Shown piece by piece: positions 48,504 to 59,398 of a stretch of DNA of 64,000 bases (position 1 is its first letter; each line of letters opens with the position of its first letter). The position numbers and the translations under genes are program-made. Under the pieces are notes generated by a model that searched no databases, was not told the DNA's origin, and was given only the letters and a program-made list of their open reading frames with translations. This stretch comes from Alphaproteobacteria bacterium (GTDB lineage Bacteria; Pseudomonadota; Alphaproteobacteria; MPNO01; UBA830). The DNA lies in contig OZ251539.1 of assembly GCA_965243135.1 (NCBI GenBank), forward strand, positions 800,001-864,000, written 5' to 3'.

Positions 48504-50852
48504 TTGCCGACGGAGAACGGGGGAGAGGCGATACCTGATTTGATCGAACTCGGCCGGGACAAGATGGAAGATCTCCTGGTCATGTCTTGGGCGCTTCGCC
48601 GGTATTCGATGGCCGAACGTCGTTTGCAGGGGCGCATGGACGAGGCGTGGTTCGGCGACTCGATCTTGCGGCACTGGCTGGAGTCCGGCGACGAAGAATT
48701 GCTTCGCGATTTGCTCGACGCGCTGCCGGCCGGACGGTTCTCCGGCTTCGCGCCTTCCATCGCCGAGCGAATGGACGGTTGGAAATGGCCGCCGTACGAG
48801 CGCGCCGTTTCCTGCTTGCTCGAGATTTCGCCGGAAAGCCTGATCCAGTCGTTCGACGAGGCGGTCGCCCGCGATCCCGTCAATTCCGGCCGGCTCGAAT
48901 TGATCGCGTCTTGCCTGGACAGCCTGCCGATGCCGGCGCGGCTCGAACTTCTGCAGGCGCTCGCGAATCGTCTTCCGGACGTCGGGAACGAGGACAGCGG
49001 GAATCTCATACTGAGCCGGTTGCTGCCACCCGCGTTGAAGCTGGGTCCCGACGTCCTGTCGCAGGTTCTGGAAGCCGCCTCGTTCCCGGATGCGTTCCAC
49101 CCGTACCTCATGGCCAGCTTTTGCAAGGCCCTGTTGGGCGATGCCGCCCTCTTTCTCGACGCCATGAGCATGATGGCGGAGGAGCCGTCCGCGGCGTTTT
49201 CGGAGCGAAGGCCGTTTTTCGACGCGGCCGCTCCGCTCGAGGAATGCGATCGGGCGCTCGCGAGCGCGATTTCTCCGGCCGACGCTCTGGATCTGCTGGA
49301 GAGGCACCGGCCCGGCTCTCCGGTTGCCGACCACGTCCGCAGGTTCCTGCCTCAAATGCTGGCTCCGCGCGACGCGACGGAACAGGACGCGGCGTGCCTG
49401 GCGGTCGCGGCCGTCCTCGACGCCTACGAACTCCGGAGTATCGATACCGGATCCCTCGGCCTCCGGGAGACGCTTCGGCTCCTCGCTCTGAATGTCTACC
49501 GGAACCCGCACGTCGAGGCGTTGACGGATCGTCTTCGCGATTTCGACCCGGGCGAGGTCGCAGCCGAGACGCGGGCGGCGATGGATCTGGCCGGTCCCGA
49601 GAAGGGCGCATTGCGTCTGGTGCGGATGACGGGCGCGCTGGGTCTGGTCGAACTCGTTCCGGATCTGATCGGATGGGCGGATCAAGACGCGGCCGACAGC
49701 GTCATCAGCGAGGCGGAAGCGGCGCTCGCGCTCTTTGGGGAGCCGTCCGTCCGCGCGGTGACCGAGGAATGGGACGGGCTCGACTTCATGCAGAGGCCGA
49801 TGGGACTGCGGGTTCTGGAACGCGTCGGGGGACAGCGCACGCTGGATTTTGCGCTGGCGCGCTACGAGGAAATGTTCGGCGACCGCGGAGGCAGGCAGGA
49901 TTGGTGTTCTCTGGTCGAGGCGTCGCCTGACGGTCGAGCGATCGATCTGCTTGCGCGGCACGTTTATCGGAAGCAGCGCGAGATCGACGAAAGCTATTGC
50001 ACGTTGTGCGTTCTGACCGGGCGCGAACCGGAAAACCTTCCGGAAGTCCGGCAGCGCGTTCTGGAGGAGCGCCGCCGCCGGAATGCGCTGACGATGGGCG
50101 AAGTTTTCAATCATGTCGCGGCGGATCTCGCATGCGGCGAGTGCGGCGATACCAATGTCTACGAGGTTCGGGACATCGTCGTCAGCGCCGCCGACGATTC
50201 CGGGCCGTTCGTCTTCGTGCGCGAGGAGTTTCCCTGCGCGTCCTGCGGCAAGTGGCCGGATTTCGAGATCCAGCCAAGCGGCGAGTTCGCGCTGATGGCG
50301 GCCGTGCGCCGTTACGATGCCGGATTGATGCCCGACATGCGGGTTTCGGATCTCGACGTTTCCTATCTCGGGAGAATGCGCTCCGCTGCCGCAGTCGTCG
50401 AGAAGTTGGGGGCGGCGCTGAAAAGCGACCCCCGAAGCGTCGTCAACCTTCTGAGAATGGCGCGGGTTCAGTATTCGTTGGGTCGATTCGCGAGGGCGGC
50501 GCGCTTCTACGACAAGGCGTGGGAAATCGAACCGGCCTCCATGGAGGCCGGCCTCGGCGCCGCCCGAATTGCCGCCGGTCTGGGGAGTGCGCGAGAAGCG
50601 CTCGATTTTTTGTCCGATCTGCAGGAAAACGAGGCGAACTGGCGCTTTTTCCGCGTGGACGAAGTTTCGCCGAGAACTTTGAAGGGAGAGTTCGCCCGCT
50701 TGCGGCGGAGATTGCGGTCCGCGCTGGGCGAGCCGCTGTCGGCGGCGGATTTCCTGAGCAGCGAAGGCCGCCGAAAGATCGGCAGGAACGAACCCTGTCC
50801 GTGCGGCAGCGGAGAGAAATACAAGAAATGCTGCATGCGCGTCGAACGGTAA
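48504..50852 (+). CDS. Large protein: helical (HEAT-like) region, CxxC-CxxC Zn-ribbon, TPR-like segment, C-terminal SEC-C motif (copy 1)
   Basis: CGECG...CASCG; [13 protein letters not shown]; [18 protein letters not shown]; start uncertain. Confidence 0.85.
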   Translation: MPTENGGEAIPDLIELGRDKMEDLLVMSWALRRYSMAERRLQGRMDEAWFGDSILRHWLESGDEELLRDLLDALPAGRFSGFAPSIAERMDGWKWPPYERAVSCLLEISPESLIQSFDEAVARDPVNSGRLELIASCLDSLPMPARLELLQALANRLPDVGNEDSGNLILSRLLPPALKLGPDVLSQVLEAASFPDAFHPYLMASFCKALLGDAALFLDAMSMMAEEPSAAFSERRPFFDAAAPLEECDRALASAISPADALDLLERHRPGSPVADHVRRFLPQMLAPRDATEQDAACLAVAAVLDAYELRSIDTGSLGLRETLRLLALNVYRNPHVEALTDRLRDFDPGEVAAETRAAMDLAGPEKGALRLVRMTGALGLVELVPDLIGWADQDAADSVISEAEAALALFGEPSVRAVTEEWDGLDFMQRPMGLRVLERVGGQRTLDFALARYEEMFGDRGGRQDWCSLVEASPDGRAIDLLARHVYRKQREIDESYCTLCVLTGREPENLPEVRQRVLEERRRRNALTMGEVFNHVAADLACGECGDTNVYEVRDIVVSAADDSGPFVFVREEFPCASCGKWPDFEIQPSGEFALMAAVRRYDAGLMPDMRVSDLDVSYLGRMRSAAAVVEKLGAALKSDPRSVVNLLRMARVQYSLGRFARAARFYDKAWEIEPASMEAGLGAARIAAGLGSAREALDFLSDLQENEANWRFFRVDEVSPRTLKGEFARLRRRLRSALGEPLSAADFLSSEGRRKIGRNEPCPCGSGEKYKKCCMRVER

Positions 50853-51011
50853 GCGACCGTCGCGTCCGGCGCGCGAAGACCGCCTCGCCGGCGGCCGACC
50901 GTTCGGAAACCGTGCGTTTCGCCGGCCGGCCGGGCGCTTGTCGACCTGCCGCGCCGCGCATACAGGAAGGAAAGGCCCGCCGGAATTTCGGCGGGAAACC
51001 AAGGTGAAGAA

Positions 51012-53318
51012 ATGCTCGATCTGATCGAACTCGGCCGAGGCAAAACGGAAGATCCCCTCGTCATGGCCTGGGCGCTTCGCCGGTTTTCTACGGCCCGCGA
51101 CCGGCGGCTCATGGAGGAGGCATGGTTCGGCGACTCGATCTTGCGGCATTGGCTGGAGACCGACGACGAAGACGTGCTTTGCGGAATGTTCGACGCGCTG
51201 CCGAACGAACGGTTCTCCGCCTTCGAGTCCGTCATCGCCGAGCGATTGCGAGGATGGCCGCTTCGAATATACGAGCGCGCCGCATCCAGCTTGCTCCGGA
51301 ATTCCCCGGCAGGTCTGATCCCGGCGTTCGAAGAGGAAATCGCCCGCCGTCCCGCCGATTACGGCCGCCTTGAAATCATCGCGTCTTGCCTGGACGATCT
51401 GCCGATGCCGTCGCGGCTCGAACTTCTGCAGTCGCTCGCGGACCTTCTTCCGGAAATCGGGAACGAGGTAATCGGACGGGACATCCTGAACCGATTGCTG
51501 CGACCCGCGTTCAATCTGGGTCCGGACGTCCTGTCGAGGATTCTGGAATCCGCCCCGCTTCTCCGGCCGAGCGAAGGTCCCTGGGGCACCATCGCCTACT
51601 TTTGCAAGGCCCTGCTGGGCGGTGTCCACCTCTTTTTCGACGCCAGGGACCTGACGGAAGAGACGGAGTCGGCCGGGTTTTCCGAGCGAAGGCCGTTCTT
51701 CGAGGCTGCCGCTCCGCTCGAGGAATGCGATCGATTGCTCTCGGGACCGATCTCGCAGGCTGCCGCGCTGGAGCTGTTGGAACGGCACCGGCCGCAAGTT
51801 TCCGAGCACCTCCGCAGATTTTTGCCGGAATTGACGTCGAGGCATGGCGCGACGGAACTGGACGCGGCGTGCCTGATGGTGGCGGCCGTCCTCGACGCCT
51901 ACGAACTCCGCGAGATCGATAGCGGATCCCTCGACCTCGGGGAGACGCTTCGGCTAATGACCCTGGAGGCCGGCTTCGGCCATCAATTCGCGGCGTTGGC
52001 GGAGCGTCTTCGCGATTTCGACCCGGACGAGGTCGCAGCCGGGGCGCGGGCGACGATGGAAGCGCTTGGCGCCGCACCGCCCACCGCGCGCCTCGTGCGG
52101 GCGGTGGGCGCGCTGGAGTTGGTCGAACTCGTTCCGGACCTGATCGAATGGGCGGATCAAAAGGCGGACGACAGCGTCATCGACGAGGCGGAGCGGACGC
52201 TTGCGTTCATGGGGGAGCCGGCCGCGCTCGCGGTCGCCGAGAAATGGGACGGGTTCGACTTCATGCAGAAGTCGATGGGACTGCGGGTTCTGGAAAGCGT
52301 CGGGGGACAGTGCGCATTGGATTTCGCGCTGGAGCGCCACGAGGGCATGTTCAGCGACCGCCAAGGCAGGCAGGATTGGTGCGCTCTGGTCGAGACCGCG
52401 CCTGACGACCGAGCGGTCGACCTGCTTGCGCGGCACGTTCACAGGAAACAGCCCGAAATTGACAGGAGCTATTGCACGTTGTGCGTTCTGACCGGGCGCG
52501 AGCCGGAAAATTTCCAGGAAGTCCGGCAGCGCGTTCTGGAGCGCCGCCGTCAGGCGACGTGGACGATGAGCGAGCCACCCGGGCATCTCGAACTGGAACT
52601 CAGGTGCGGCGAGTGCGGCGAAATCAACACGTACCCGGTTCGGGACGTCGTCATAAGCACCGTCGAAGACCCCGGGCCGCAAAGCTTCGTGCGCGAGGAA
52701 TTTCCTTGCGCGTCCTGCGGGGAGTTTCCCGATTTCAAATTGACGAGGAGCGGCATTATCGCGCTGACCGCGAGCATATTCGGATACGGGGACGAAAGCG
52801 ACGCTCCGCTTTCGCAGCTCAACGTCAATTATCGGGGAAAAGAACGCTCCGTGGCCGGAGTCGTCGAAGAGTTGGGGGCTGCGCTGGAACGCGAGCCCCG
52901 AAGCGTCGTCGATCTTTTGAGAATGGGGCGGGTCCAGCGTTTGTTGGGTCGCCCCGCGAGGGCGCTGCGCTTCTACGCCAAGGCGATGGAAGTCGCGCCG
53001 GACTCCATGGAGGCGAGCCTCGGCGTCGCCCAGATCGCCGCTGGTCGGGGAGAGGCGCGAAAGGCGCTCGATTTGTTGTCCCGTCTGCAGGAAAACGAGG
53101 CGAACTGGCGCTTTCTCCGCGTGGACGAAGTTTCGCCGAGAGTCTTGCAGAGAGAGTTCTCCAGCTTGCGGGGGAGGTTGCGAGCCGCGCTGGGCGAACC
53201 GTCGCGGGCGGAAGATCGCCGAAGCGGCCGAAATCGGCGAAGGACCGGCAGGAACGAACCCTGCCCGTGCGGCAGCGGAAAGAAATACAAGAAATGCTGC
53301 ATGCGCGCCGAACGGTAA
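51012..53318 (+). CDS. Tandem paralogue of 48504-50852 (SEC-C domain protein, copy 2)
   Basis: Collinear similarity over the whole length; [18 protein letters not shown]. Confidence 0.88.
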   Translation: MLDLIELGRGKTEDPLVMAWALRRFSTARDRRLMEEAWFGDSILRHWLETDDEDVLCGMFDALPNERFSAFESVIAERLRGWPLRIYERAASSLLRNSPAGLIPAFEEEIARRPADYGRLEIIASCLDDLPMPSRLELLQSLADLLPEIGNEVIGRDILNRLLRPAFNLGPDVLSRILESAPLLRPSEGPWGTIAYFCKALLGGVHLFFDARDLTEETESAGFSERRPFFEAAAPLEECDRLLSGPISQAAALELLERHRPQVSEHLRRFLPELTSRHGATELDAACLMVAAVLDAYELREIDSGSLDLGETLRLMTLEAGFGHQFAALAERLRDFDPDEVAAGARATMEALGAAPPTARLVRAVGALELVELVPDLIEWADQKADDSVIDEAERTLAFMGEPAALAVAEKWDGFDFMQKSMGLRVLESVGGQCALDFALERHEGMFSDRQGRQDWCALVETAPDDRAVDLLARHVHRKQPEIDRSYCTLCVLTGREPENFQEVRQRVLERRRQATWTMSEPPGHLELELRCGECGEINTYPVRDVVISTVEDPGPQSFVREEFPCASCGEFPDFKLTRSGIIALTASIFGYGDESDAPLSQLNVNYRGKERSVAGVVEELGAALEREPRSVVDLLRMGRVQRLLGRPARALRFYAKAMEVAPDSMEASLGVAQIAAGRGEARKALDLLSRLQENEANWRFLRVDEVSPRVLQREFSSLRGRLRAALGEPSRAEDRRSGRNRRRTGRNEPCPCGSGKKYKKCCMRAER

Positions 53319-53431
53319 GCGACCGCCGCTTCTTGCGCGCGGAGATTCGTTCGCCGGAAGGCGGCGGGCTTGCGCCTTCGTAAGCGGGCGGCTTCCGGCC
53401 GGCGGTCGCGCCGCGCCGACGGAAAAGCAGG

Positions 53432-53584
53432 ATGAAGATGCCGTTCAGGACGTTCGCCGCCGGATGGCCGCTGATCGTGCGCCTGTCGGTCGTCGCCGGC
53501 CTCGCGCCGCTGTCGATCGACATGTACCTGCCGAGCTTCCCCGCGATTCGGGAGGAATTCGGCGCGACGGCGGCGCAGGTCTAG
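53432..53584 (+). pseudogene. Bcr/CflA family MFS efflux transporter, 5' fragment
   Basis: LAPLSIDMYLPSFPAI...AAQV, ending at the IS630 junction. Confidence 0.85.
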
Positions 53585-54663
53585 TGTTCTGTCCCAGAAA
53601 TACGCATAGATAATCTTTGAACCTTTTCGAGAATGGATTCGGCGGTGGCAATCCAAACGAAGGGAGCGGCATCGCGATTGTAGTCCTCGGTGAACTGCTT
53701 GATGCATTTCACCAATTGGCTGACGTTTGCGAACGATCCCCGGCGAAGGGCGGTCTCCGTGATGAGGCCAAACCAGCGCTCGACCTGATTGAGCCAGGAA
53801 GCGTAGGTCGGCGTGAAGTGGAGATGGTAGCGAGGTCGCTGCGCTATCCAGGCGCGAACCTTGGGATGCTTATGGGTCGCGTAGTTGTCGGCCACCAAAT
53901 GGATGTCGAGTTCTTTGGGGACGTTGCGGTCGATGAGGCGCAGAAAATCGAGGAAATCCTGGTGGCGATGACGTTGCTTGCAGGTGGCGATGACCTGCCC
54001 GGTGGCAATGTCGAGCGCGGCGAACAACGTGGTGGTGCCGTGGCGGATGTAGTCATGGGTGTAGCCCTCGACATAGCCAAGCCCGAGGGGCAGGGTCGGC
54101 TGGGTACGGTCGAGGGCCTGAATCTGCGATTTCTCGTCGACGCACAGCACCACCGCGTGTTCCGGAGGGTTGAGGTACAATCCAACGATGTCGCGCACTT
54201 TCTCCACGAAGAACGGGTCTGTCGACAGCTTGAACGTCTTGCGCAGGTGGGGCTTGACGCCGAACAACTCGAACCAGCGCTGGACGGTGCTCTTCGAGAG
54301 GCCGGCATGGCGGGCCATTGAACGAACGCTCCAGTGCGTCGCATTCTTCGGCGTTTCCTGAAGGGCGCTCTTGATGACCTCGGCAACCCGTTCGTCATCG
54401 TATGTTCGGGGCCGGCCGCTGCGCAACTCGTCGTGTAGCCCTTCGGTCCCGCCTTCCACAAACCGCTTTCGCCATTTGCCTACGGTCAACGGCGATACGT
54501 CGAGCTTTTCGGCGACCGCCTTGTTCGACATTCCCGCAGCGCAATCCAGAACGATCTTGGCGCGTAGAGTCAAACCGGAAGGCAGCGACGTTGCATTCGC
54601 AATGCTGCGCAATTGCGCTTCCTGATCCAAAGTGAGAACGAGCGGCGGCTTTCCTTTCGGCAT
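53581..54663 (-). CDS. IS630-family transposase
   Basis: [47 protein letters not shown]; stop codon uses the target TA. Confidence 0.95.
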   Translation of the reverse strand: MPKGKPPLVLTLDQEAQLRSIANATSLPSGLTLRAKIVLDCAAGMSNKAVAEKLDVSPLTVGKWRKRFVEGGTEGLHDELRSGRPRTYDDERVAEVIKSALQETPKNATHWSVRSMARHAGLSKSTVQRWFELFGVKPHLRKTFKLSTDPFFVEKVRDIVGLYLNPPEHAVVLCVDEKSQIQALDRTQPTLPLGLGYVEGYTHDYIRHGTTTLFAALDIATGQVIATCKQRHRHQDFLDFLRLIDRNVPKELDIHLVADNYATHKHPKVRAWIAQRPRYHLHFTPTYASWLNQVERWFGLITETALRRGSFANVSQLVKCIKQFTEDYNRDAAPFVWIATAESILEKVQRLSMRISGTEH

Positions 54664-54724
54664 GGCGACCTCCTCCTGAAAATGCCCATGCCTGTATATA
54701 ATATGTATTTGAGGGACACAACAC
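53584..54724 (-). mobile_element. IS630-family insertion sequence
   Basis: IRs (cta)gtgttctgtcccagaaatac / gtatttgagggacacaacac(tag); TA duplicated at 53582-83 and 54725-26 in a CTAG context. Confidence 0.92.
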
Positions 54725-54727
54725 TAG

Positions 54728-55768
54728 CTCACCCTCAGCGGATTCATTTTCGGTTTCGCGCTCGGCCAGCTCTGTTACGGCCCCCTGTCGGACCGTTTCG
54801 GTCGCCGGCCGGTGTTGCTGTCGGGCATTTGCCTTTACGCCGGGATGACGATTCTTTGCGCGGTGAGCGACGATATCGAGATATTCACCTTGTTCCGCTT
54901 TCTGCAGGCTGTCGGCGGCGGTGCCGGCGCGGTGCTGTCGCGGGCCATCGTTCGCGACCGGTATTCGGGCGCCGAAATGGCGCGCGCCATGTCGCTCATG
55001 CTGACGGTGATTCTGTTGGCGCCGATGGCGGCTCCCGTGATCGGCGGCTACCTGCTGGTCTGGGCCGGCTGGCGCGCCGTTTTCTGGGTTCTCGCGGTCA
55101 TCGGCCTTGCGGCGACGCTCGTCGTCGCGTTCGGCATGGAGGAAACGTTGCCGCGGAACCGGCGCAGCGCGCCGGGCGTCCGGTCCCTGCTGCGCGGATA
55201 CGGCGCCGTGCTTCGGCATCGCGGAGCGTTGGGATACGTTCTATCCGGCGGCCTCAGTTTTGCCGCCCTTTTCGCGTTCCTTTCCGGCGCGGCATTCGTC
55301 TTCATCGAGCACTACGGCCTCCCGCCGCAGCACATGGGTTATCTCTTCACCTTCAACGTAGCGGGCGTAATGGTCGGCGGCTGGGTCAACAGCCGGTTGG
55401 TGGTGCGGCGGGGCGTGCGGGAAATGACGACCGTCGGCGCGGCGCTGTTGTTCGCCGGAGCTTTGGCGCTCTTCGTTCTCGTCGCGTTCGACGTCGCGGG
55501 CATGTGGGGCGCGATCGCCGGCATTTTCGCGTTCACGCTTCCGCTCAACATGATCAACGCGAATTCCGTTGCCGGAGCGCTGGAGCATTTCCCCCGTCAT
55601 GCGGGAACCGCGTCGGCGGTCGTCGGCGCGGCGCGGTACGGGTTCGGCGCATTGTCCGGAATCTGCGTGGGCCTCCTGCACGACGGCACCGCCGTGCCCA
55701 TGGCGGCGGTCATATTCGGTTGTTCGGCGGCAAGCGCGATTTTCGCGCTGACGATGGTGCGGCGATAG
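54728..55768 (+). pseudogene. Bcr/CflA family MFS efflux transporter, 3' fragment
   Basis: LTLS...GQL.YGPLSDRFGRRPVLL (MFS motif A), RFLQAVGG, RAIVRD, AGTASA. Confidence 0.88.
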
Positions 55769-55783
55769 CCGGCCGGAGCTCGG

Positions 55784-56545
55784 TCACGCCGTCACGGAAA
55801 ACGCCGCTACGCCGAGATTCTGCACCGTATTCCGCACGTGAACGCCGACGGCCAGAGGTTCGGCCGCGGTCGCGCCGCCGGCCATCACGATCCAGCCCGC
55901 CTGCAGGGGTTCCTCCGCCCCGGCCGAGAGCCGGGCGGCGGCCACGAGCGAACGCACGGGATGGCCGAGGATCGCGGCTGACGAGCCGATCTGTCTGGCG
56001 CGCCCGTCGAATTCCAGCACCATGCCCAAATTCTCGAGTTCGGTGTCCGGACTGCGCCACGGACCGATCACGAAGCCGGAGGACGACGCGTTGTCCGCTA
56101 TCACGTCTTCGAGCGAGAACTTGAATTTCCTGTACCGCGAATCGATGACCTCCATGGCGGCGGCGACGCCGTCGACGGCGGCGAGCGCCTCGGCGGCCGT
56201 GCAGGGATAGTGCAGCGGCCGCCTGAGCAGAAAGGCGATTTCCGGCTCGACGCGGGGATGCACGTAGCGGTCGAGCGAGATGGAGCCGCCGTCCTCGATC
56301 ACCATGGCGTCGGTGAGGCGTCCCCAGATCATGTCCTCGATGCCCATCTGCGCCATCTTGGCGCGGCTGGTGAATCCCATCTTCATGCCGTTGCGGCGTT
56401 CGCCGCGCTTGATTCTCCGTTCGATCGACATTTTTTGCACTTCGTAGGCGTCTTCGACGGTGTATTTCGCGGACGGCTGCGACACGGCGCGGGCGCCGAG
56501 CGCCGCCTTGTCGAGCGTTTTCGCCATCCTGACCAGATCCACCAT
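55784..56545 (-). CDS. dmpH: 4-oxalocrotonate decarboxylase
   Basis: KMGFTSRAKMAQMG, HPRVEPEIAF, EVIDSRY, ADNASS; operon context. Confidence 0.85.
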   Translation of the reverse strand: MVDLVRMAKTLDKAALGARAVSQPSAKYTVEDAYEVQKMSIERRIKRGERRNGMKMGFTSRAKMAQMGIEDMIWGRLTDAMVIEDGGSISLDRYVHPRVEPEIAFLLRRPLHYPCTAAEALAAVDGVAAAMEVIDSRYRKFKFSLEDVIADNASSSGFVIGPWRSPDTELENLGMVLEFDGRARQIGSSAAILGHPVRSLVAAARLSAGAEEPLQAGWIVMAGGATAAEPLAVGVHVRNTVQNLGVAAFSVTA

Positions 56546-56563
56546 GATGTCTCTCCGTTCGGT

Positions 56564-57598
56564 TCAGGTGTCCCGCGCCGTTTTGCGCTCCCGCAGAATA
56601 TCGAGCGCGACGTCGACGATCATGTCTTCCTGGCCGCCTACCATCCTGCGTTCTCCGAGTTCGATCAGGATGTCGCGCGTGTCGATGCCGTAAGTCCGCG
56701 AAGCGGTCTCCGCATGACGCAGGAAGCTGGAATAGACTCCCGCGTAGCCGAGCGCCAGCGTCTCGCGGTCGACGCGGACCGGGCGATCCTGCAGCGGTCT
56801 GACGAGTTCTTCGGCGGCGTCCATCAGCAGGAACAGGTCGCAGTCGTGGTCGAGGTCCATTCGGTTGGCTACGGCGACGAAGATCTCCAGCGGGCAGTTG
56901 CCGGCTCCGGCGCCCATGCCGGCGAGCGACGCGTCCACCCTGGTCGCGCCGTGCTCCACGGCGACGACGGAGTTCGCCACGCCGAAGGAGAGGTTGTGAT
57001 GGGCATGGATTCCGGTCTGGGTCTCGGGCAGAAGCGCGTCGTTGAACGCCCGGAACCGGTCGGCCACGTCCTGCGGCAACAGCGCGCCTCCGGAATCCGT
57101 CACGTAGACGCAATGCGCTCCGTATTCCTCCATCAGCTTCGCCTGTCCGGCGAGCAGGTCGGGCGGGTTCATGTGCGCCATCATGAGAAATCCGGCGACG
57201 TCCATACCGAGATTGCGAGCGAATTCGATGTGTTGCTTGGCGATATCCGCTTCCGTGCAGTGGGTGGCGATGCGGACCGAGCGGGCGCCGGCTTCGTATG
57301 CCTCCCGCAGATCGTGGACCGTTCCGATGCCCGGCAGCAGGAGAGTCGCGAGTTTCGCGCGCTTCAGGACGCCGGCCGCCGCCTCGATGTAGTCGAGGTC
57401 GGTTTCCCTGGCGAAACCGTAATTGAAGGACATGCCCGCCAGCCCGTCGCCGTGGGCCACCTCGATCGAATCCACCTTCGCTTCGTCGAGCGCCTTGCAG
57501 ATCGCCTTGACGTGGTCGAGTCCGTACTGATGCCGGATGGCGTGCATGCCGTCGCGCAGCGTCACGTCCTGGACGTAGATTTTCTTCCCTGTCGCCAA
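56564..57598 (-). CDS. dmpG: 4-hydroxy-2-oxovalerate aldolase
   Basis: [41 protein letters not shown]; TTG start. Confidence 0.93.
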   Translation of the reverse strand: MATGKKIYVQDVTLRDGMHAIRHQYGLDHVKAICKALDEAKVDSIEVAHGDGLAGMSFNYGFARETDLDYIEAAAGVLKRAKLATLLLPGIGTVHDLREAYEAGARSVRIATHCTEADIAKQHIEFARNLGMDVAGFLMMAHMNPPDLLAGQAKLMEEYGAHCVYVTDSGGALLPQDVADRFRAFNDALLPETQTGIHAHHNLSFGVANSVVAVEHGATRVDASLAGMGAGAGNCPLEIFVAVANRMDLDHDCDLFLLMDAAEELVRPLQDRPVRVDRETLALGYAGVYSSFLRHAETASRTYGIDTRDILIELGERRMVGGQEDMIVDVALDILRERKTARDT

Positions 57599-57612
57599 AA
57601 GCTCTCTCCGCT

Positions 57613-58530
57613 TCAGACGCGCGAAACGACGCGTTCGCCGGTGCGCAGCGCGGCCGAGGTCATGATGTCGAGATTTCCGGCGTAGGTCGGCAGGTAGTGC
57701 CCGGCGCCCTCGACTTCGAGAAAGATCGACGACTTGAGGCCCTGAAAGTCTCCGCGGCCGGGGATGCGCAGCGGATTGTTGGATCCGAAGCGTTCGAACT
57801 GCACGTCCTGCTTGAGGCGGTAGCCCGGCACGTAGCTCTGCACTTCCTTCACCATGTCGGCGACCGAGTCGGCGATCCGTTCGGGCTCCGCTTCGTCGGA
57901 AAGGGTATAAACGGTATCGCGCATCACGAGGGGCGGTTCGGCCGGATTGAGAACGATGATCGCCTTGCCCTGTTCCGCGCCGCCCACCGCTTCGAGGCCC
58001 TTGGACGTGGTTTCCGTGAACTCGTCGATATTGGCGCGCGTGCCGGGACCTGCGGATTTCGAGGAAATCGAGGCGACGATCTCCGCGTAGCGGACCTTCG
58101 CGACGCGATTGACCGCGTGAACCATCGGCACGGTGGCCTGGCCGCCGCAGGACACCATGTTGATGTTGGGCGCGTCCAGGTGCTGGTCCATGTTGACGAC
58201 GGGCACGACGTAAGGCCCGACGGCCGCCGGCGTCAGATCGATGATGACCTTGCCGTGTTCTTCGCAGACGGCCGCGTTGCGCCGGTGCGCGCCCGCGGAG
58301 GTCGCGTCGAAAACGAGGGCGATCTCTTTCCACTCCGCCATGCGCGTCAGGCCGTCGAGACCTTCGTGCGTCGTCGGCACTCCCATGCTCCTTGCCCGGG
58401 CGAGGCCGTCGGATGCGGGGTCGATGCCCACGAGCGCGCCCATTTCGAGGACGTCGGAAGTCTTGACGATCTTCATCATCAGGTCGGTGCCGATGTTGCC
58501 GGAACCGACGATCGCGACCTTTTTCCCCAT
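57613..58530 (-). CDS. dmpF: Acetaldehyde dehydrogenase (acylating)
   Basis: [41 protein letters not shown]. Confidence 0.93.
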   Translation of the reverse strand: MGKKVAIVGSGNIGTDLMMKIVKTSDVLEMGALVGIDPASDGLARARSMGVPTTHEGLDGLTRMAEWKEIALVFDATSAGAHRRNAAVCEEHGKVIIDLTPAAVGPYVVPVVNMDQHLDAPNINMVSCGGQATVPMVHAVNRVAKVRYAEIVASISSKSAGPGTRANIDEFTETTSKGLEAVGGAEQGKAIIVLNPAEPPLVMRDTVYTLSDEAEPERIADSVADMVKEVQSYVPGYRLKQDVQFERFGSNNPLRIPGRGDFQGLKSSIFLEVEGAGHYLPTYAGNLDIMTSAALRTGERVVSRV

Positions 58531-58541
58531 TGCCGCGGCTC

Positions 58542-59336
58542 TCAATTCGAGAACGCGGCGCGCACGCCGCCGAGGCCGGAAATGCGCGCCTCGACGACAT
58601 CGCCGGCCGACACCGGCGCCATCGGACCCAGCGCGCCGGTCATGACGACGTCGCCGGCGACGAGGGGCATGCCGACCTCTGCCATCTTGCGGGCGAGCCA
58701 GACCGCGGCGTTGAGCGGATTGCCGAGACAGGCGGCCCCCGCTCCGACCGACACCTGCGCGCCCCGGTTCTCCATGACCATGCCGCACAGGCGAAGGTCC
58801 ACGTCGTCCAGCGCGACCGGGCGCGTGCCGAGCACGATCATTCCGGACGACGCGTTGTCCGCGATGGTGTCGACGATGCCGATGTCCCATTTGGCGATGC
58901 GGCTGCCGACCACCTCTATCGCGGGCAGCAGGTAGTCGACGGCGTCGATAACGTCGAGAATCGTGATCTGTTCGCGGTCGAGGCCGTCGCCCAGCACGAG
59001 GGCGACTTCCGCCTCCGCTCTCGGCTGGGAGATGGACGCGAAGTCGATTTCGTCGCCGTCGACGACGGTCATGTCGGCGTAGATGATCCCGTAATCCGGC
59101 TGGTCGACGCCGAGCTGCGCCTGAACCGCTTTCGCGGTCAGTCCGATCTTGCGTCCGATAACGCGCCGGCCCTCGCCGACCCAGAAATCGGTGTTGGTCT
59201 TCTGCACTTCGTAGGCCGCGTCGATATCGCCCGCGGGAAGGCTGTTTCGAACCGGCTTGATGGTCTTTCCGGTTTTCCAGGCGTTGCGGATGCGCCGCGC
59301 GGCGTCCGCGACGGCTTTTTCCCTTTCGGCGGCCAT
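58542..59336 (-). CDS. dmpE: 2-keto-4-pentenoate hydratase
   Basis: [42 protein letters not shown]. Confidence 0.9.
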   Translation of the reverse strand: MAAEREKAVADAARRIRNAWKTGKTIKPVRNSLPAGDIDAAYEVQKTNTDFWVGEGRRVIGRKIGLTAKAVQAQLGVDQPDYGIIYADMTVVDGDEIDFASISQPRAEAEVALVLGDGLDREQITILDVIDAVDYLLPAIEVVGSRIAKWDIGIVDTIADNASSGMIVLGTRPVALDDVDLRLCGMVMENRGAQVSVGAGAACLGNPLNAAVWLARKMAEVGMPLVAGDVVMTGALGPMAPVSAGDVVEARISGLGGVRAAFSN

Positions 59337-59398
59337 ATTCGACTCCCTTTCTTCGTTCCCGGCCGTTCGCTCGGCGCCGGCCGGCCGGCGCGTTCCCG

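Noticed and set aside
45436-51845. Very long minus-strand ORFs (45436-48438, 1000 aa; 48258-51845, 1195 aa) and similar ones elsewhere (9131-11458, 22533-24512)
   Set aside because: Antisense shadows of motif-supported genes in high-GC DNA; Arg/Pro-rich with no family motifs.
26205-53584. In-frame TAG codons in vapC (Trp position) and the MFS gene (Gln position) suggesting stop-codon recoding
   Set aside because: They replace different residues, both genes have other lesions, and TAG ends intact genes here (e.g. 2044, 2615, 16832).
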